Below, piece after piece: positions 36,101 to 51,100 of a DNA stretch of 64,000 nt. The position numbers and the translations under genes were made by a program. Source of the stretch: Auanema rhodensis (Eukaryota; Animalia; Nematoda); assembly GCA_964057225.1 (NCBI GenBank), contig OZ059896.1:4030001-4094000 (forward strand), read 5' to 3'. How positions within the stretch are numbered: position 1 is the first letter of the stretch; every line of letters begins with the position of its first letter. The notes beneath the pieces are model-generated. The model had not been told where the DNA came from. It did no database searches and saw only the letters and a list, made by a program, of their open reading frames with translations.

Positions 36101-39100
36101 AGTGTATGTTGAGTTTCCATGTACACTCAACATTGCTTCCAAAAACATTTTGACAAAAATTTTCCCGAAAAATTTCAAAATAATTTCACAAAAAGTAGAT
36201 GTTTTTAGATTCCTTTTTTCAAGACAAAGACGATGGACATTGTTATTCAACAAAAAAATTAATTCTTCACGGTGAAAATCGAGGATATAAGTGTGAACCT
36301 ATATCAGTTGATATCTCGGTGCATTTTCAAGCTAGCGCAAATCTGATAACACAGATCGACGCAGCTTAAAAATCCGCATCGAATGCACTATACTACATTA
36401 AGAAAAGCTTAATACAAAAATTAGTTATGATCGTTTGAAAAATGATGCATTAGTGTATGTTGAGTTTCCATGTACACTCAACATTGCTTCCAAAAACATT
36501 TTGACAAAAATTTTCCCGAAAAATTTCAAAATAATTTCACAAAAAGTAGATGTTTTTAGATTCCTTTTTTCAAGACAAAGACGATGGACATTGTTATTCA
36601 ACAAAAAAATTAATTCTTCAGGGTGAAAATCGAGGATATAAGTGTGAACTTATATCAGTTGATATCTCGGTGCATTTTTAAGCTAGCGCAAATCTGATAA
36701 CACAGATCGACGCAGCTTAAAAATCCGCATCGAATGCACTATACTACATTAAGAAAAGCTTAATACAAAAATTAGTTATGATCGTTTGAAAAATGATGCA
36801 TTAGTGTATGTTGAGTTTCCATGTACACTCAACATTGCTTCCAAAAACATTTTGACAAAAATTTTCCCGAAAAATTTCAAAATAATTTCACAAAAAGTAG
36901 ATGTTTTTAGATTCCTTTTTTCAAGACAAAGACGATGGACATTGTTATTCAACAAAAAAATTAATTCTTCAGGGTGAAAATCGAGGATATAAGTGTGAAC
37001 TTATATCAGTTGATATCTCGGTGCATTTTTAAGCTAGCGCAAATCTGATAACACAGATCGACGCAGCTTAAAAATCCGCATCGAATGCACTATACTACAT
37101 TAAGAAAAGCTTAATACAAAAATTAGTTATGATCGTTTGAAAAATGATGCATTAGTGTATGTTGAGTTTCCATGTACACTCAACATTGCTTCCAAAAACA
37201 TTTTGACAAAAATTTTCCCAAAAAATTTCAAAATAATTTCACAAAAAGTAGATGTTTTTAGATTCCTTTTTTCAAGACAAAGACGATGGACATTGTTATT
37301 CAACAAAAAAATTAATTCTTCACGGTGAAAATCGAGGATATAAGTGTGAACCTATATCAGTTGATATCTCGGTGCATTTTCAAGCTAGCGCAAATCTGAT
37401 AACACAGATCGACGCAGCTTAAAAATCCGCATCGAATGCACTATACTACATTAAGAAAAGCTTAATACAAAAATTAGTTATGATCGTTTGAAAAATGATG
37501 CATTAGTGTATGTTGAGTTTCCATGTACACTCAACATTGCTTCCAAAAACATTTTGACAAAAATTTTCCCGAAAAATTTCAAAATAATTTCACAAAAAGT
37601 AGATGTTTTTAGATTCCTTTTTTCAAGACAAAGACGATGGACATTGTTATTCAACAAAAAAATTAATTCTTCAGGGTGAAAATCGAGGATATAAGTGTGA
37701 ACTTATATCAGTTGATATCTCGGTGCATTTTTAAGCTAGCGCAAATCTGATAACACAGATCGACGCAGCTTAAAAATCCGCATCGAATGCACTATACTAC
37801 ATTAAGAAAAGCTTAATACAAAAATTAGTTATGATCGTTTGAAAAATGATGCATTAGTGTATGTTGAGTTTCCATGTACACTCAACATTGCTTCCAAAAA
37901 CATTTTGACAAAAATTTTCCCGAAAAATTTCAAAATAATTTCACAAAAAGTAGATGTTTTTAGATTCCTTTTTTCAAGACAAAGACGATGGACATTGTTA
38001 TTCAACAAAAAAATTAATTCTTCACGGTGAAAATCGAGGATATAAGTGTGAACCTATATCAGTTGATATCTCGGTGCATTTTCAAGCTAGCGCAAATCTG
38101 ATAACACAGATCGACGCAGCTTAAAAATCCGCATCGAATGCACTATACTACATTAAGAAAAGCTTAATACAAAAATTAGTTATGATCGTTTGAAAAATGA
38201 TGCATTAGTGTATGTTGAGTTTCCATGTACACTCAACATTGCTTCCAAAAACATTTTGACAAAAATTTTCCCGAAAAATTTCAAAATAATTTCACAAAAA
38301 GTAGATGTTTTTAGATTCCTTTTTTCAAGACAAAGACGATGGACATTGTTATTCAACAAAAAAATTAATTCTTCAGGGTGAAAATCGAGGATATAAGTGT
38401 GAACTTATATCAGTTGATATCTCGGTGCATTTTTAAGCTAGCGCAAATCTGATAACACAGATCGACGCAGCTTAAAAATCCGCATCGAATGCACTATACT
38501 ACATTAAGAAAAGCTTAATACAAAAATTAGTTATGATCGTTTGAAAAATGATGCATTAGTGTATGTTGAGTTTCCATGTACACTCAACATTGCTTCCAAA
38601 AACATTTTGACAAAAATTTTCCCGAAAAATTTCAAAATAATTTCACAAAAAGTAGATGTTTTTAGATTCCTTTTTTCAAGACAAAGACGATGGACATTGT
38701 TATTCAACAAAAAAATTAATTCTTCACGGTGAAAATCGAGGATATAAGTGTGAACCTATATCAGTTGATATCTCGGTGCATTTTCAAGCTAGCGCAAATC
38801 TGATAACACAGATCGACGCAGCTTAAAAATCCGCATCGAATGCACTATACTACATTAAGAAAAGCTTAATACAAAAATTAGTTATGATCGTTTGAAAAAT
38901 GATGCATTAGTGTATGTTGAGTTTCCATGTACACTCAACATTGCTTCCAAAAACATTTTGACAAAAATTTTCCCGAAAAATTTCAAAATAATTTCACAAA
39001 AAGTAGATGTTTTTAGATTCCTTTTTTCAAGACAAAGACGATGGACATTGTTATTCAACAAAAAAATTAATTCTTCAGGGTGAAAATCGAGGATATAAGT

Positions 39101-42100
39101 GTGAACTTATATCAGTTGATATCTCGGTGCATTTTTAAGCTAGCGCAAATCTGATAACACAGATCGACGCAGCTTAAAAATCCGCATCGAATGCACTATA
39201 CTACATTAAGAAAAGCTTAATACAAAAATTAGTTATGATCGTTTGAAAAATGATGCATTAGTGTATGTTGAGTTTCCATGTACACTCAACATTGCTTCCA
39301 AAAACATTTTGACAAAAATTTTCCCGAAAAATTTCAAAATAATTTCACAACAAGTAGATGTTTTTAGATTCCTTTTTTCAAGACAAAGACGATGGACATT
39401 GTTATTCAACAAAAAAAATTAATTCTTCAGTGTGAAAATCGAGGATATAAGTGTGAACTTATATCAGTTGATATCTCGGTGCATTTTTAAGCTAGCGCAA
39501 ATCTGATAACACAGATCGACGCAGCTTAAAAATCCACATCGAATGCACTATACTACATTAAGAAAAGCTTAATACAAAAATTAGTTATGATCGTTTGAAA
39601 AATGATGCATTAGTGTATGTTGAGTTTCCATGTACACTCAACATTGCTTCCAAAAACATTTTGACAAAAATTTTCCCGAAAAATTTCAAAATAATTTCAC
39701 AAAAAGTAGATGTTTTTAGATTCCTTTTTTCAAGACAAAGACGATGGACATTGTTATTCAACAAAAAAATTAATTCTTCACGGTGAAAATCGAGGATATA
39801 AGTGTGAACCTATATCAGTTGATATCTCGGTGCATTTTCAAGCTAGCGCAAATCTGATAACACAGATCGACGCAGCTTAAAAATCCGCATCGAATGCACT
39901 ATACTACATTAAGAAAAGCTTAATACAAAAATTAGTTATGATCGTTTGAAAAATGATGCATTAGTGTATGTTGAGTTTCCATGTACACTCAACATTGCTT
40001 CCAAAAACATTTTGACAAAAATTTTCCCGAAAAATTTCAAAATAATTTCACAAAAAGTAGATGTTTTTAGATTTCTTTTTTCAAGACAAAGACGATGGAC
40101 ATTGTTATTCAACAAAAAAATTAATTCTTCACGGTGAAAATCGAGGATATAAGTGTGAACCTATATCAGTTGATATCTCGGTGCATTTTCAAGCTAGCGC
40201 AAATCTGATAACACAGATCGACGCAGCTTAAAAATCCGCATCGAATGCACTATACTACATTAAGAAAAGCTTAATACAAAAATTAGTTATGATCGTTTGA
40301 AAAATGATGCATTAGTGTATGTTGAGTTTCCATGTACACTCAACATTGCTTCCAAAAACATTTTGACAAAAATTTTCCCGAAAAATTTCAAAATAATTTC
40401 ACAAAAAGTAGATGTTTTTAGATTCCTTTTTTCAAGACAAAGACGATGGACATTGTTATTCAACAAAAAAATTAATTCTTCAGGGTGAAAATCGAGGATA
40501 TAAGTGTGAACTTATATCAGTTGATATCTCGGTGCATTTTTAAGCTAGCGCAAATCTGATAACACAGATCGACGCAGCTTAAAAATCCGCATCGAATGCA
40601 CTATACTACATTAAGAAAAGCTTAATACAAAAATTAGTTATGATCGTTTGAAAAATGATGCATTAGTGTATGTTGAGTTTCCATGTACACTCAACATTGC
40701 TTCCAAAAACATTTTGACAAAAATTTTCCCGAAAAATTTCAAAATAATTTCACAAAAAGTAGATGTTTTTAGATTCCTTTTTTCAAGACAAAGACGATGG
40801 ACATTGTTATTCAACAAAAAAATTAATTCTTCAGGGTGAAAATCGAGGATATAAGTGTGAACTTATATCAGTTGATATCTCGGTGCATTTTTAAGCTAGC
40901 GCAAATCTGATAACACAGATCGACGCAGCTTAAAAATCCGCATCGAATGCACTATACTACATTAAGAAAAGCTTAATACAAAAATTAGTTATGATCGTTT
41001 GAAAAATGATGCATTAGTGTATGTTGAGTTTCCATGTACACTCAACATTGCTTCCAAAAACATTTTGACAAAAATTTTCCCGAAAAATTTCAAAATAATT
41101 TCACAACAAGTAGATGTTTTTAGATTCCTTTTTTCAAGACAAAGACGATGGACATTGTTATTCAACAAAAAAAATTAATTCTTCAGTGTGAAAATCGAGG
41201 ATATAAGTGTGAACTTATATCAGTTGATATCTCGGTGCATTTTTAAGCTAGCGCAAATCTGATAACACAGATCGACGCAGCTTAAAAATCCACATCGAAT
41301 GCACTATACTACATTGGAAAACACTCAATACAAAAATTAGTTATGATCGTTTGAAAAATGATGCATTAGTGTATGTTGAGTTTCCATGTACACTCAACAT
41401 TGCTTCCAAAAACATTTTGACAAAAAGTTTCCCGAAAAATTTCAAAATAATTTCACAAAAAGTAGATGTTTTTAGATTCCTTTTTTCAAGACAAAGACGA
41501 TGGACATTGTTATTCAACGAAAAAATTAATTCTTCAGGGTGAAAATCGAGGATATAAGTGTGAACTTATATCAGTTGATATCTCGGTGCATTTTTAAGCT
41601 AGCGCAAATCTGATAACACAGATCGACGCAGCTTAAAAATCCGCATCGAATGCACTATACTACATTAAGAAAAGCTTAATACAAAAATTAGTTATGATCG
41701 TTTGAAAAATGATGCATTAGTGTATGTTGAGTTTCCATGTACACTCAACATTGCTTCCAAAAACATTTTGACAAAAATTTTCCCGAAAAATTTCAAAATA
41801 ATTTCACAAAAAGTAGATGTTTTTAGATTTCTTTTTTCAAGACAAAGACGATGGACATTGTTATTCAACAAAAAAATTAATTCTTCACGGTGAAAATCGA
41901 GGATATAAGTGTGAACCTATATCAGTTGATATCTCGGTGCATTTTCAAGCTAGCGCAAATCTGATAACACAGATCGACGCAGCTTAAAAATCCGCATCGA
42001 ATGCACTATACTACATTAAGAAAAGCTTAATACAAAAATTAGTTATGATCGTTTGAAAAATGATGCATTAGTGTATGTTGAGTTTCCATGTACACTCAAC

Positions 42101-45100
42101 ATTGCTTCCAAAAACATTTTGACAAAAATTTTCCCGAAAAATTTCAAAATAATTTCACAAAAAGTAGATGTTTTTAGATTCCTTTTTTCAAGACAAAGAC
42201 GATGGACATTGTTATTCAACAAAAAAATTAATTCTTCAGGGTGAAAATCGAGGATATAAGTGTGAACTTATATCAGTTGATATCTCGGTGCATTTTTAAG
42301 CTAGCGCAAATCTGATAACACAGATCGACGCAGCTTAAAAATCCGCATCGAATGCACTATACTACATTAAGAAAAGCTTAATACAAAAATTAGTTATGAT
42401 CGTTTGAAAAATGATGCATTAGTGTATGTTGAGTTTCCATGTACACTCAACATTGCTTCCAAAAACATTTTGACAAAAATTTTCCCGAAAAATTTCAAAA
42501 TAATTTCACAAAAAGTAGATGTTTTTAGATTCCTTTTTTCAAGACAAAGACGATGGACATTGTTATTCAACAAAAAAATTAATTCTTCAGGGTGAAAATC
42601 GAGGATATAAGTGTGAACTTATATCAGTTGATATCTCGGTGCATTTTTAAGCTAGCGCAAATCTGATAACACAGATCGACGCAGCTTAAAAATCCACATC
42701 GAATGCACTATACTACATTGGGAAACACTCAATACAAAAATTAGTTATGATCGTTTGAAAAATGATGCATTAGTGTATGTTGAGTTTCCATGTACACTCA
42801 ACATTGCTTCCAAAAACATTTTGACAAAAATTTTCCCGAAAAATTTCAAAATAATTTCACAAAAAGTAGATGTTTTTAGATTTCTTTTTTCAAGACAAAG
42901 ACGATGGACATTGTTATTCAACAAAAAAATTAATTCTTCACGGTGAAAATCGAGGATATAAGTGTGAACCTATATCAGTTGATATCTCGGTGCATTTTCA
43001 AGCTAGCGCAAATCTGATAACACAGATCGACGCAGCTTAAAAATCCGCATCGAATGCACTATACTACATTAAGAAAAGCTTAATACAAAAATTAGTTATG
43101 ATCGTTTGAAAAATGATGCATTAGTGTATGTTGAGTTTCCATGTACACTCAACATTGCTTCCAAAAACATTTTGACAAAAATTTTCCCGAAAAATTTCAA
43201 AATAATTTCACAAAAAGTAGATGTTTTTAGATTCCTTTTTTCAAGACAAAGACGATGGACATTGTTATTCAACAAAAAAATTAATTCTTCAGGGTGAAAA
43301 TCGAGGATATAAGTGTGAACTTATATCAGTTGATATCTCGGTGCATTTTTAAGCTAGCGCAAATCTGATAACACAGATCGACGCAGCTTAAAAATCCACA
43401 TCGAATGCACTATACTACATTGGGAAACACTCAATACAAAAATTAGTTATGATCGTTTGAAAAATGATGCATTAGTGTATGTTGAGTTTCCATGTACACT
43501 CAACATTGCTTCCAAAAACATTTTGACAAAAATTTTCCCGAAAAATTTCAAAATAATTTCACAAAAAGTAGATGTTTTTAGATTCCTTTTTTCAAGACAA
43601 AGACGATGGACATTGTTATTCAACAAAAAAATTAATTCTTCACGGTGAAAATCGAGGATATAAGTGTGAACCTATATCAGTTGATATCTCGGTGCATTTT
43701 CAAGCTAGCGCAAATCTGATAACACAGATCGACGCAGCTTAAAAATCGGCATCGAATGCACTATACTACATTAAGAAAAACTTAATACAAAAATTAGTTA
43801 TGATCGTTTGAAAAATGATGCATTAGTGTATGTTGAGTTTCCATGTACACTCAACATTGCTTCCAAAAACATTTTGACAAAAATTTTCCCGAAAAATTTC
43901 AAAATAATTTCACAAAAAGTAGATGTTTTTAGATTTCTTTTTTCAAGACAAAGACGATGGACATTGTTATTCAACAAAAAAATTAATTCTTCACGGTGAA
44001 AATCGAGGATATAAGTGTGAACCTATATCAGTTGATATCTCGGTGCATTTTCAAGCTAGCGCAAATCTGATAACACAGATCGACGCAGCTTAAAAATCCG
44101 CATCGAATGCACTATACTACATTAAGAAAAGCTTAATACAAAAATTAGTTATGATCGTTTGAAAAATGATGCATTAGTGTATGTTGAGTTTCCATGTACA
44201 CTCAACATTGCTTCCAAAAACATTTTGACAAAAATTTTCCCGAAAAATTTCAAAATAATTTCACAAAAAGTAGATGTTTTTAGATTCCTTTTTTCAAGAC
44301 AAAGACGATGGACATTGTTATTCAACAAAAAAATTAATTCTTCAGGGTGAAAATCGAGGATATAAGTGTGAACTTATATCAGTTGATATCTCGGTGCATT
44401 TTTAAGCTAGCGCAAATCTGATAACACAGATCGACGCAGCTTAAAAATCCGCATCGAATGCACTATACTACATTAAGAAAAGCTTAATACAAAAATTAGT
44501 TATGATCGTTTGAAAAATGATGCATTAGTGTATGTTGAGTTTCCATGTACACTCAACATTGCTTCCAAAAACATTTTGACAAAAATTTTCCCGAAAAATT
44601 TCAAAATAATTTCACAAAAAGTAGATGTTTTTAGATTCCTTTTTTCAAGACAAAGACGATGGACATTGTTATTCAACAAAAAAATTAATTCTTCAGGGTG
44701 AAAATCGAGGATATAAGTGTGAACTTATATCAGTTGATATCTCGGTGCATTTTTAAGCTAGCGCAAATCTGATAACACAGATCGACGCAGCTTAAAAATC
44801 CACATCGAATGCACTATACTACATTGGGAAACACTCAATACAAAAATTAGTTATGATCGTTTGAAAAATGATGCATTAGTGTATGTTGAGTTTCCATGTA
44901 CACTCAACATTGCTTCCAAAAACATTTTGACAAAAATTTTCCCGAAAAATTTCAAAATAATTTCACAAAAAGTAGATGTTTTTAGATTTCTTTTTTCAAG
45001 ACAAAGACGATGGACATTGTTATTCAACAAAAAAATTAATTCTTCACGGTGAAAATCGAGGATATAAGTGTGAACCTATATCAGTTGATATCTCGGTGCA

Positions 45101-48100
45101 TTTTCAAGCTAGCGCAAATCTGATAACACAGATCGACGCAGCTTAAAAATCCGCATCGAATGCACTATACTACATTAAGAAAAGCTTAATACAAAAATTA
45201 GTTATGATCGTTTGAAAAATGATGCATTAGTGTATGTTGAGTTTCCATGTACACTCAACATTGCTTCCAAAAACATTTTGACAAAAATTTTCCCGAAAAA
45301 TTTCAAAATAATTTCACAAAAAGTAGATGTTTTTAGATTCCTTTTTTCAAGACAAAGACGATGGACATTGTTATTCAACAAAAAAATTAATTCTTCAGGG
45401 TGAAAATCGAGGATATAAGTGTGAACTTATATCAGTTGATATCTCGGTGCATTTTTAAGCTAGCGCAAATCTGATAACACAGATCGACGCAGCTTAAAAA
45501 TCCACATCGAATGCACTATACTACATTGGGAAACACTCAATACAAAAATTAGTTATGATCGTTTGAAAAATGATGCATTAGTGTATGTTGAGTTTCCATG
45601 TACACTCAACATTGCTTCCAAAAACATTTTGACAAAAATTTTCCCGAAAAATTTCAAAATAATTTCACAAAAAGTAGATGTTTTTAGATTCCTTTTTTCA
45701 AGACAAAGACGATGGACATTGTTATTCAACAAAAAAATTAATTCTTCACGGTGAAAATCGAGGATATAAGTGTGAACCTATATCAGTTGATATCTCGGTG
45801 CATTTTCAAGCTAGCGCAAATCTGATAACACAGATCGACGCAGCTTAAAAATCGGCATCGAATGCACTATACTACATTAAGAAAAACTTAATACAAAAAT
45901 TAGTTATGATCGTTTGAAAAATGATGCATTAGTGTATGTTGAGTTTCCATGTACACTCAACATTGCTTCCAAAAACATTTTGACAAAAATTTTCCCGAAA
46001 AATTTCAAAATAATTTCACAAAAAGTAGATGTTTTTAGATTCCTTTTTTCAAGACAAAGACGATGGACATTATTATTCAACAAAAAATTAATTCTTCAGG
46101 GTGAAAATCGAGGATATAAGTGTGAACTTATATCAGTTGATATCTCAGTGCATTTTTAAGCTAGCGCAAATCTGATAACACAGATCGACGCAGCTTAAAA
46201 ATCCGCATCGAATGCACTATACTACATTAAGAAAAGCTTAATACAAAAATTAGTTATGATCGTTTGAAAAATGATGCATTAGTGTATGTTGAGTTTCCAT
46301 GTACACTCAACATTGCTTCCAAAAACATTTTGACAAAAATTTTCCCGAAAAATTTCAAAATAATTTCACAAAAAGTAGATGTTTTTAGATTCCTTTTTTC
46401 AAGACAAAGACGATGGACATTGTTATTCAACAAAAAAATTAATTCTTCACGGTGAAAATCGAGGATATAAGTGTGAACCTATATCAGTTGATATCTCGGT
46501 GCATTTTCAAGCTAGCGCAAATCTGATAACACAGATCGACGCAGCTTAAAAATCCGCATCGAATGCACTATACTACATTAAGAAAAGCTTAATACAAAAA
46601 TTAGTTATGATCGTTTGAAAAATGATGCATTAGTGTATGTTGAGTTTCCATGTACACTCAACATTGCTTCCAAAAACATTTTGACAAAAATTTTCCCGAA
46701 AAATTTCAAAATAATTTCACAAAAAGTAGATGTTTTTAGATTCCTTTTTTCAAGACAAAGACGATGGACATTGTTATTCAACAAAAAAATTAATTCTTCA
46801 CGGTGAAAATCGAGGATATAAGTGTGAACCTATATCAGTTGATATCTCGGTGCATTTTCAAGCTAGCGCAAATCTGATAACACAGATCGACGCAGCTTAA
46901 AAATCCGCATCGAATGCACTATACTACATTAAGAAAAGCTTAATACAAAAATTAGTTATGATCGTTTGAAAAATGATGCATTAGTGTATGTTGAGTTTCC
47001 ATGTACACTCAACATTGCTTCCAAAAACATTTTGACAAAAATTTTCCCGAAAAATTTCAAAATAATTTCACAAAAAGTAGATGTTTTTAGATTCCTTTTT
47101 TCAAGACAAAGACGATGGACATTGTTATTCAACAAAAAAATTAATTCTTCACGGTGAAAATCGAGGATATAAGTGTGAACCTATATCAGTTGATATCTCG
47201 GTGCATTTTCAAGCTAGCGCAAATCTGATAACACAGATCGACGCAGCTTAAAAATCCGCATCGAATGCACTATACTACATTAAGAAAAGCTTAATACAAA
47301 AATTAGTTATGATCGTTTGAAAAATGATGCATTAGTGTATGTTGAGTTTCCATGTACACTCAACATTGCTTCCAAAAACATTTTGACAAAAATTTTCCCG
47401 AAAAATTTCAAAATAATTTCACAAAAAGTAGATGTTTTTAGATTCCTTTTTTCAAGACAAAGACGATGGACATTGTTATTCAACAAAAAAATTAATTCTT
47501 CACGGTGAAAATCGAGGATATAAGTGTGAACCTATATCAGTTGATATCTCGGTGCATTTTCAAGCTAGCGCAAATCTGATAACACAGATCGACGCAGCTT
47601 AAAAATCCGCATCGAATGCACTATACTACATTAAGAAAAGCTTAATACAAAAATTAGTTATGATCGTTTGAAAAATGATGCATTAGTGTATGTTGAGTTT
47701 CCATGTACACTCAACATTGCTTCCAAAAACATTTTGACAAAAATTTTCCCGAAAAATTTCAAAATAATTTCACAAAAAGTAGATGTTTTTAGATTCCTTT
47801 TTTCAAGACAAAGACGATGGACATTGTTATTCAACAAAAAAATTAATTCTTCACGGTGAAAATCGAGGATATAAGTGTGAACCTATATCAGTTGATATCT
47901 CGGTGCATTTTCAAGCTAGCGCAAATCTGATAACACAGATCGACGCAGCTTAAAAATCCGCATCGAATGCACTATACTACATTAAGAAAAGCTTAATACA
48001 AAAATTAGTTATGATCGTTTGAAAAATGATGCATTAGTGTATGTTGAGTTTCCATGTACACTCAACATTGCTTCCAAAAACATTTTGACAAAAATTTTCC

Positions 48101-51100
48101 CGAAAAATTTCAAAATAATTTCACAAAAAGTAGATGTTTTTAGATTCCTTTTTTCAAGACAAAGACGATGGACATTGTTATTCAACAAAAAAATTAATTC
48201 TTCACGGTGAAAATCGAGGATATAAGTGTGAACCTATATCAGTTGATATCTCGGTGCATTTTCAAGCTAGCGCAAATCTGATAACACAGATCGACGCAGC
48301 TTAAAAATCCGCATCGAATGCACTATACTACATTAAGAAAAGCTTAATACAAAAATTAGTTATGATCGTTTGAAAAATGATGCATTAGTGTATGTTGAGT
48401 TTCCATGTACACTCAACATTGCTTCCAAAAACATTTTGACAAAAATTTTCCCGAAAAATTTCAAAATAATTTCACAAAAAGTAGATGTTTTTAGATTCCT
48501 TTTTTCAAGACAAAGACGATGGACATTGTTATTCAACAAAAAAATTAATTCTTCACGGTGAAAATCGAGGATATAAGTGTGAACCTATATCAGTTGATAT
48601 CTCGGTGCATTTTCAAGCTAGCGCAAATCTGATAACACAGATCGACGCAGCTTAAAAATCCGCATCGAATGCACTATACTACATTAAGAAAAGCTTAATA
48701 CAAAAATTAGTTATGATCGTTTGAAAAATGATGCATTAGTGTATGTTGAGTTTCCATGTACACTCAACATTGCTTCCAAAAACATTTTGACAAAAATTTT
48801 CCCGAAAAATTTCAAAATAATTTCACAAAAAGTAGATGTTTTTAGATTCCTTTTTTCAAGACAAAGACGATGGACATTGTTATTCAACAAAAAAATTAAT
48901 TCTTCACGGTGAAAATCGAGGATATAAGTGTGAACCTATATCAGTTGATATCTCGGTGCATTTTCAAGCTAGCGCAAATCTGATAACACAGATCGACGCA
49001 GCTTAAAAATCCGCATCGAATGCACTATACTACATTAAGAAAAGCTTAATACAAAAATTAGTTATGATCGTTTGAAAAATGATGCATTAGTGTATGTTGA
49101 GTTTCCATGTACACTCAACATTGCTTCCAAAAACATTTTGACAAAAATTTTCCCGAAAAATTTCAAAATAATTTCACAAAAAGTAGATGTTTTTAGATTC
49201 CTTTTTTCAAGACAAAGACGATGGACATTGTTATTCAACAAAAAAATTAATTCTTCACGGTGAAAATCGAGGATATAAGTGTGAACCTATATCAGTTGAT
49301 ATCTCGGTGCATTTTCAAGCTAGCGCAAATCTGATAACACAGATCGACGCAGCTTAAAAATCCGCATCGAATGCACTATACTACATTAAGAAAAGCTTAA
49401 TACAAAAATTAGTTATGATCGTTTGAAAAATGATGCATTAGTGTATGTTGAGTTTCCATGTACACTCAACATTGCTTCCAAAAACATTTTGACAAAAATT
49501 TTCCCGAAAAATTTCAAAATAATTTCACAAAAAGTAGATGTTTTTAGATTCCTTTTTTCAAGACAAAGACGATGGACATTGTTATTCAACAAAAAAATTA
49601 ATTCTTCACGGTGAAAATCGAGGATATAAGTGTGAACCTATATCAGTTGATATCTCGGTGCATTTTCAAGCTAGCGCAAATCTGATAACACAGATCGACG
49701 CAGCTTAAAAATCCGCATCGAATGCACTATACTACATTAAGAAAAGCTTAATACAAAAATTAGTTATGATCGTTTGAAAAATGATGCATTAGTGTATGTT
49801 GAGTTTCCATGTACACTCAACATTGCTTCCAAAAACATTTTGACAAAAATTTTCCCGAAAAATTTCAAAATAATTTCACAAAAAGTAGATGTTTTTAGAT
49901 TCCTTTTTTCAAGACAAAGACGATGGACATTGTTATTCAACAAAAAAATTAATTCTTCACGGTGAAAATCGAGGATATAAGTGTGAACCTATATCAGTTG
50001 ATATCTCGGTGCATTTTCAAGCTAGCGCAAATCTGATAACACAGATCGACGCAGCTTAAAAATCCGCATCGAATGCACTATACTACATTAAGAAAAGCTT
50101 AATACAAAAATTAGTTATGATCGTTTGAAAAATGATGCATTAGTGTATGTTGAGTTTCCATGTACACTCAACATTGCTTCCAAAAACATTTTGACAAAAA
50201 TTTTCCCGAAAAATTTCAAAATAATTTCACAAAAAGTAGATGTTTTTAGATTCCTTTTTTCAAGACAAAGACGATGGACATTGTTATTCAACAAAAAAAT
50301 TAATTCTTCACGGTGAAAATCGAGGATATAAGTGTGAACCTATATCAGTTGATATCTCGGTGCATTTTCAAGCTAGCGCAAATCTGATAACACAGATCGA
50401 CGCAGCTTAAAAATCCGCATCGAATGCACTATACTACATTAAGAAAAGCTTAATACAAAAATTAGTTATGATCGTTTGAAAAATGATGCATTAGTGTATG
50501 TTGAGTTTCCATGTACACTCAACATTGCTTCCAAAAACATTTTGACAAAAATTTTCCCGAAAAATTTCAAAATAATTTCACAAAAAGTAGATGTTTTTAG
50601 ATTCCTTTTTTCAAGACAAAGACGATGGACATTGTTATTCAACAAAAAAATTAATTCTTCACGGTGAAAATCGAGGATATAAGTGTGAACCTATATCAGT
50701 TGATATCTCGGTGCATTTTCAAGCTAGCGCAAATCTGATAACACAGATCGACGCAGCTTAAAAATCCGCATCGAATGCACTATACTACATTAAGAAAAGC
50801 TTAATACAAAAATTAGTTATGATCGTTTGAAAAATGATGCATTAGTGTATGTTGAGTTTCCATGTACACTCAACATTGCTTCCAAAAACATTTTGACAAA
50901 AATTTTCCCGAAAAATTTCAAAATAATTTCACAAAAAGTAGATGTTTTTAGATTCCTTTTTTCAAGACAAAGACGATGGACATTGTTATTCAACAAAAAA
51001 ATTAATTCTTCAGGGTGAAAATCGAGGATATAAGTGTGAACTTATATCAGTTGATATCTCGGTGCATTTTTAAGCTAGCGCAAATCTGATAACACAGATC

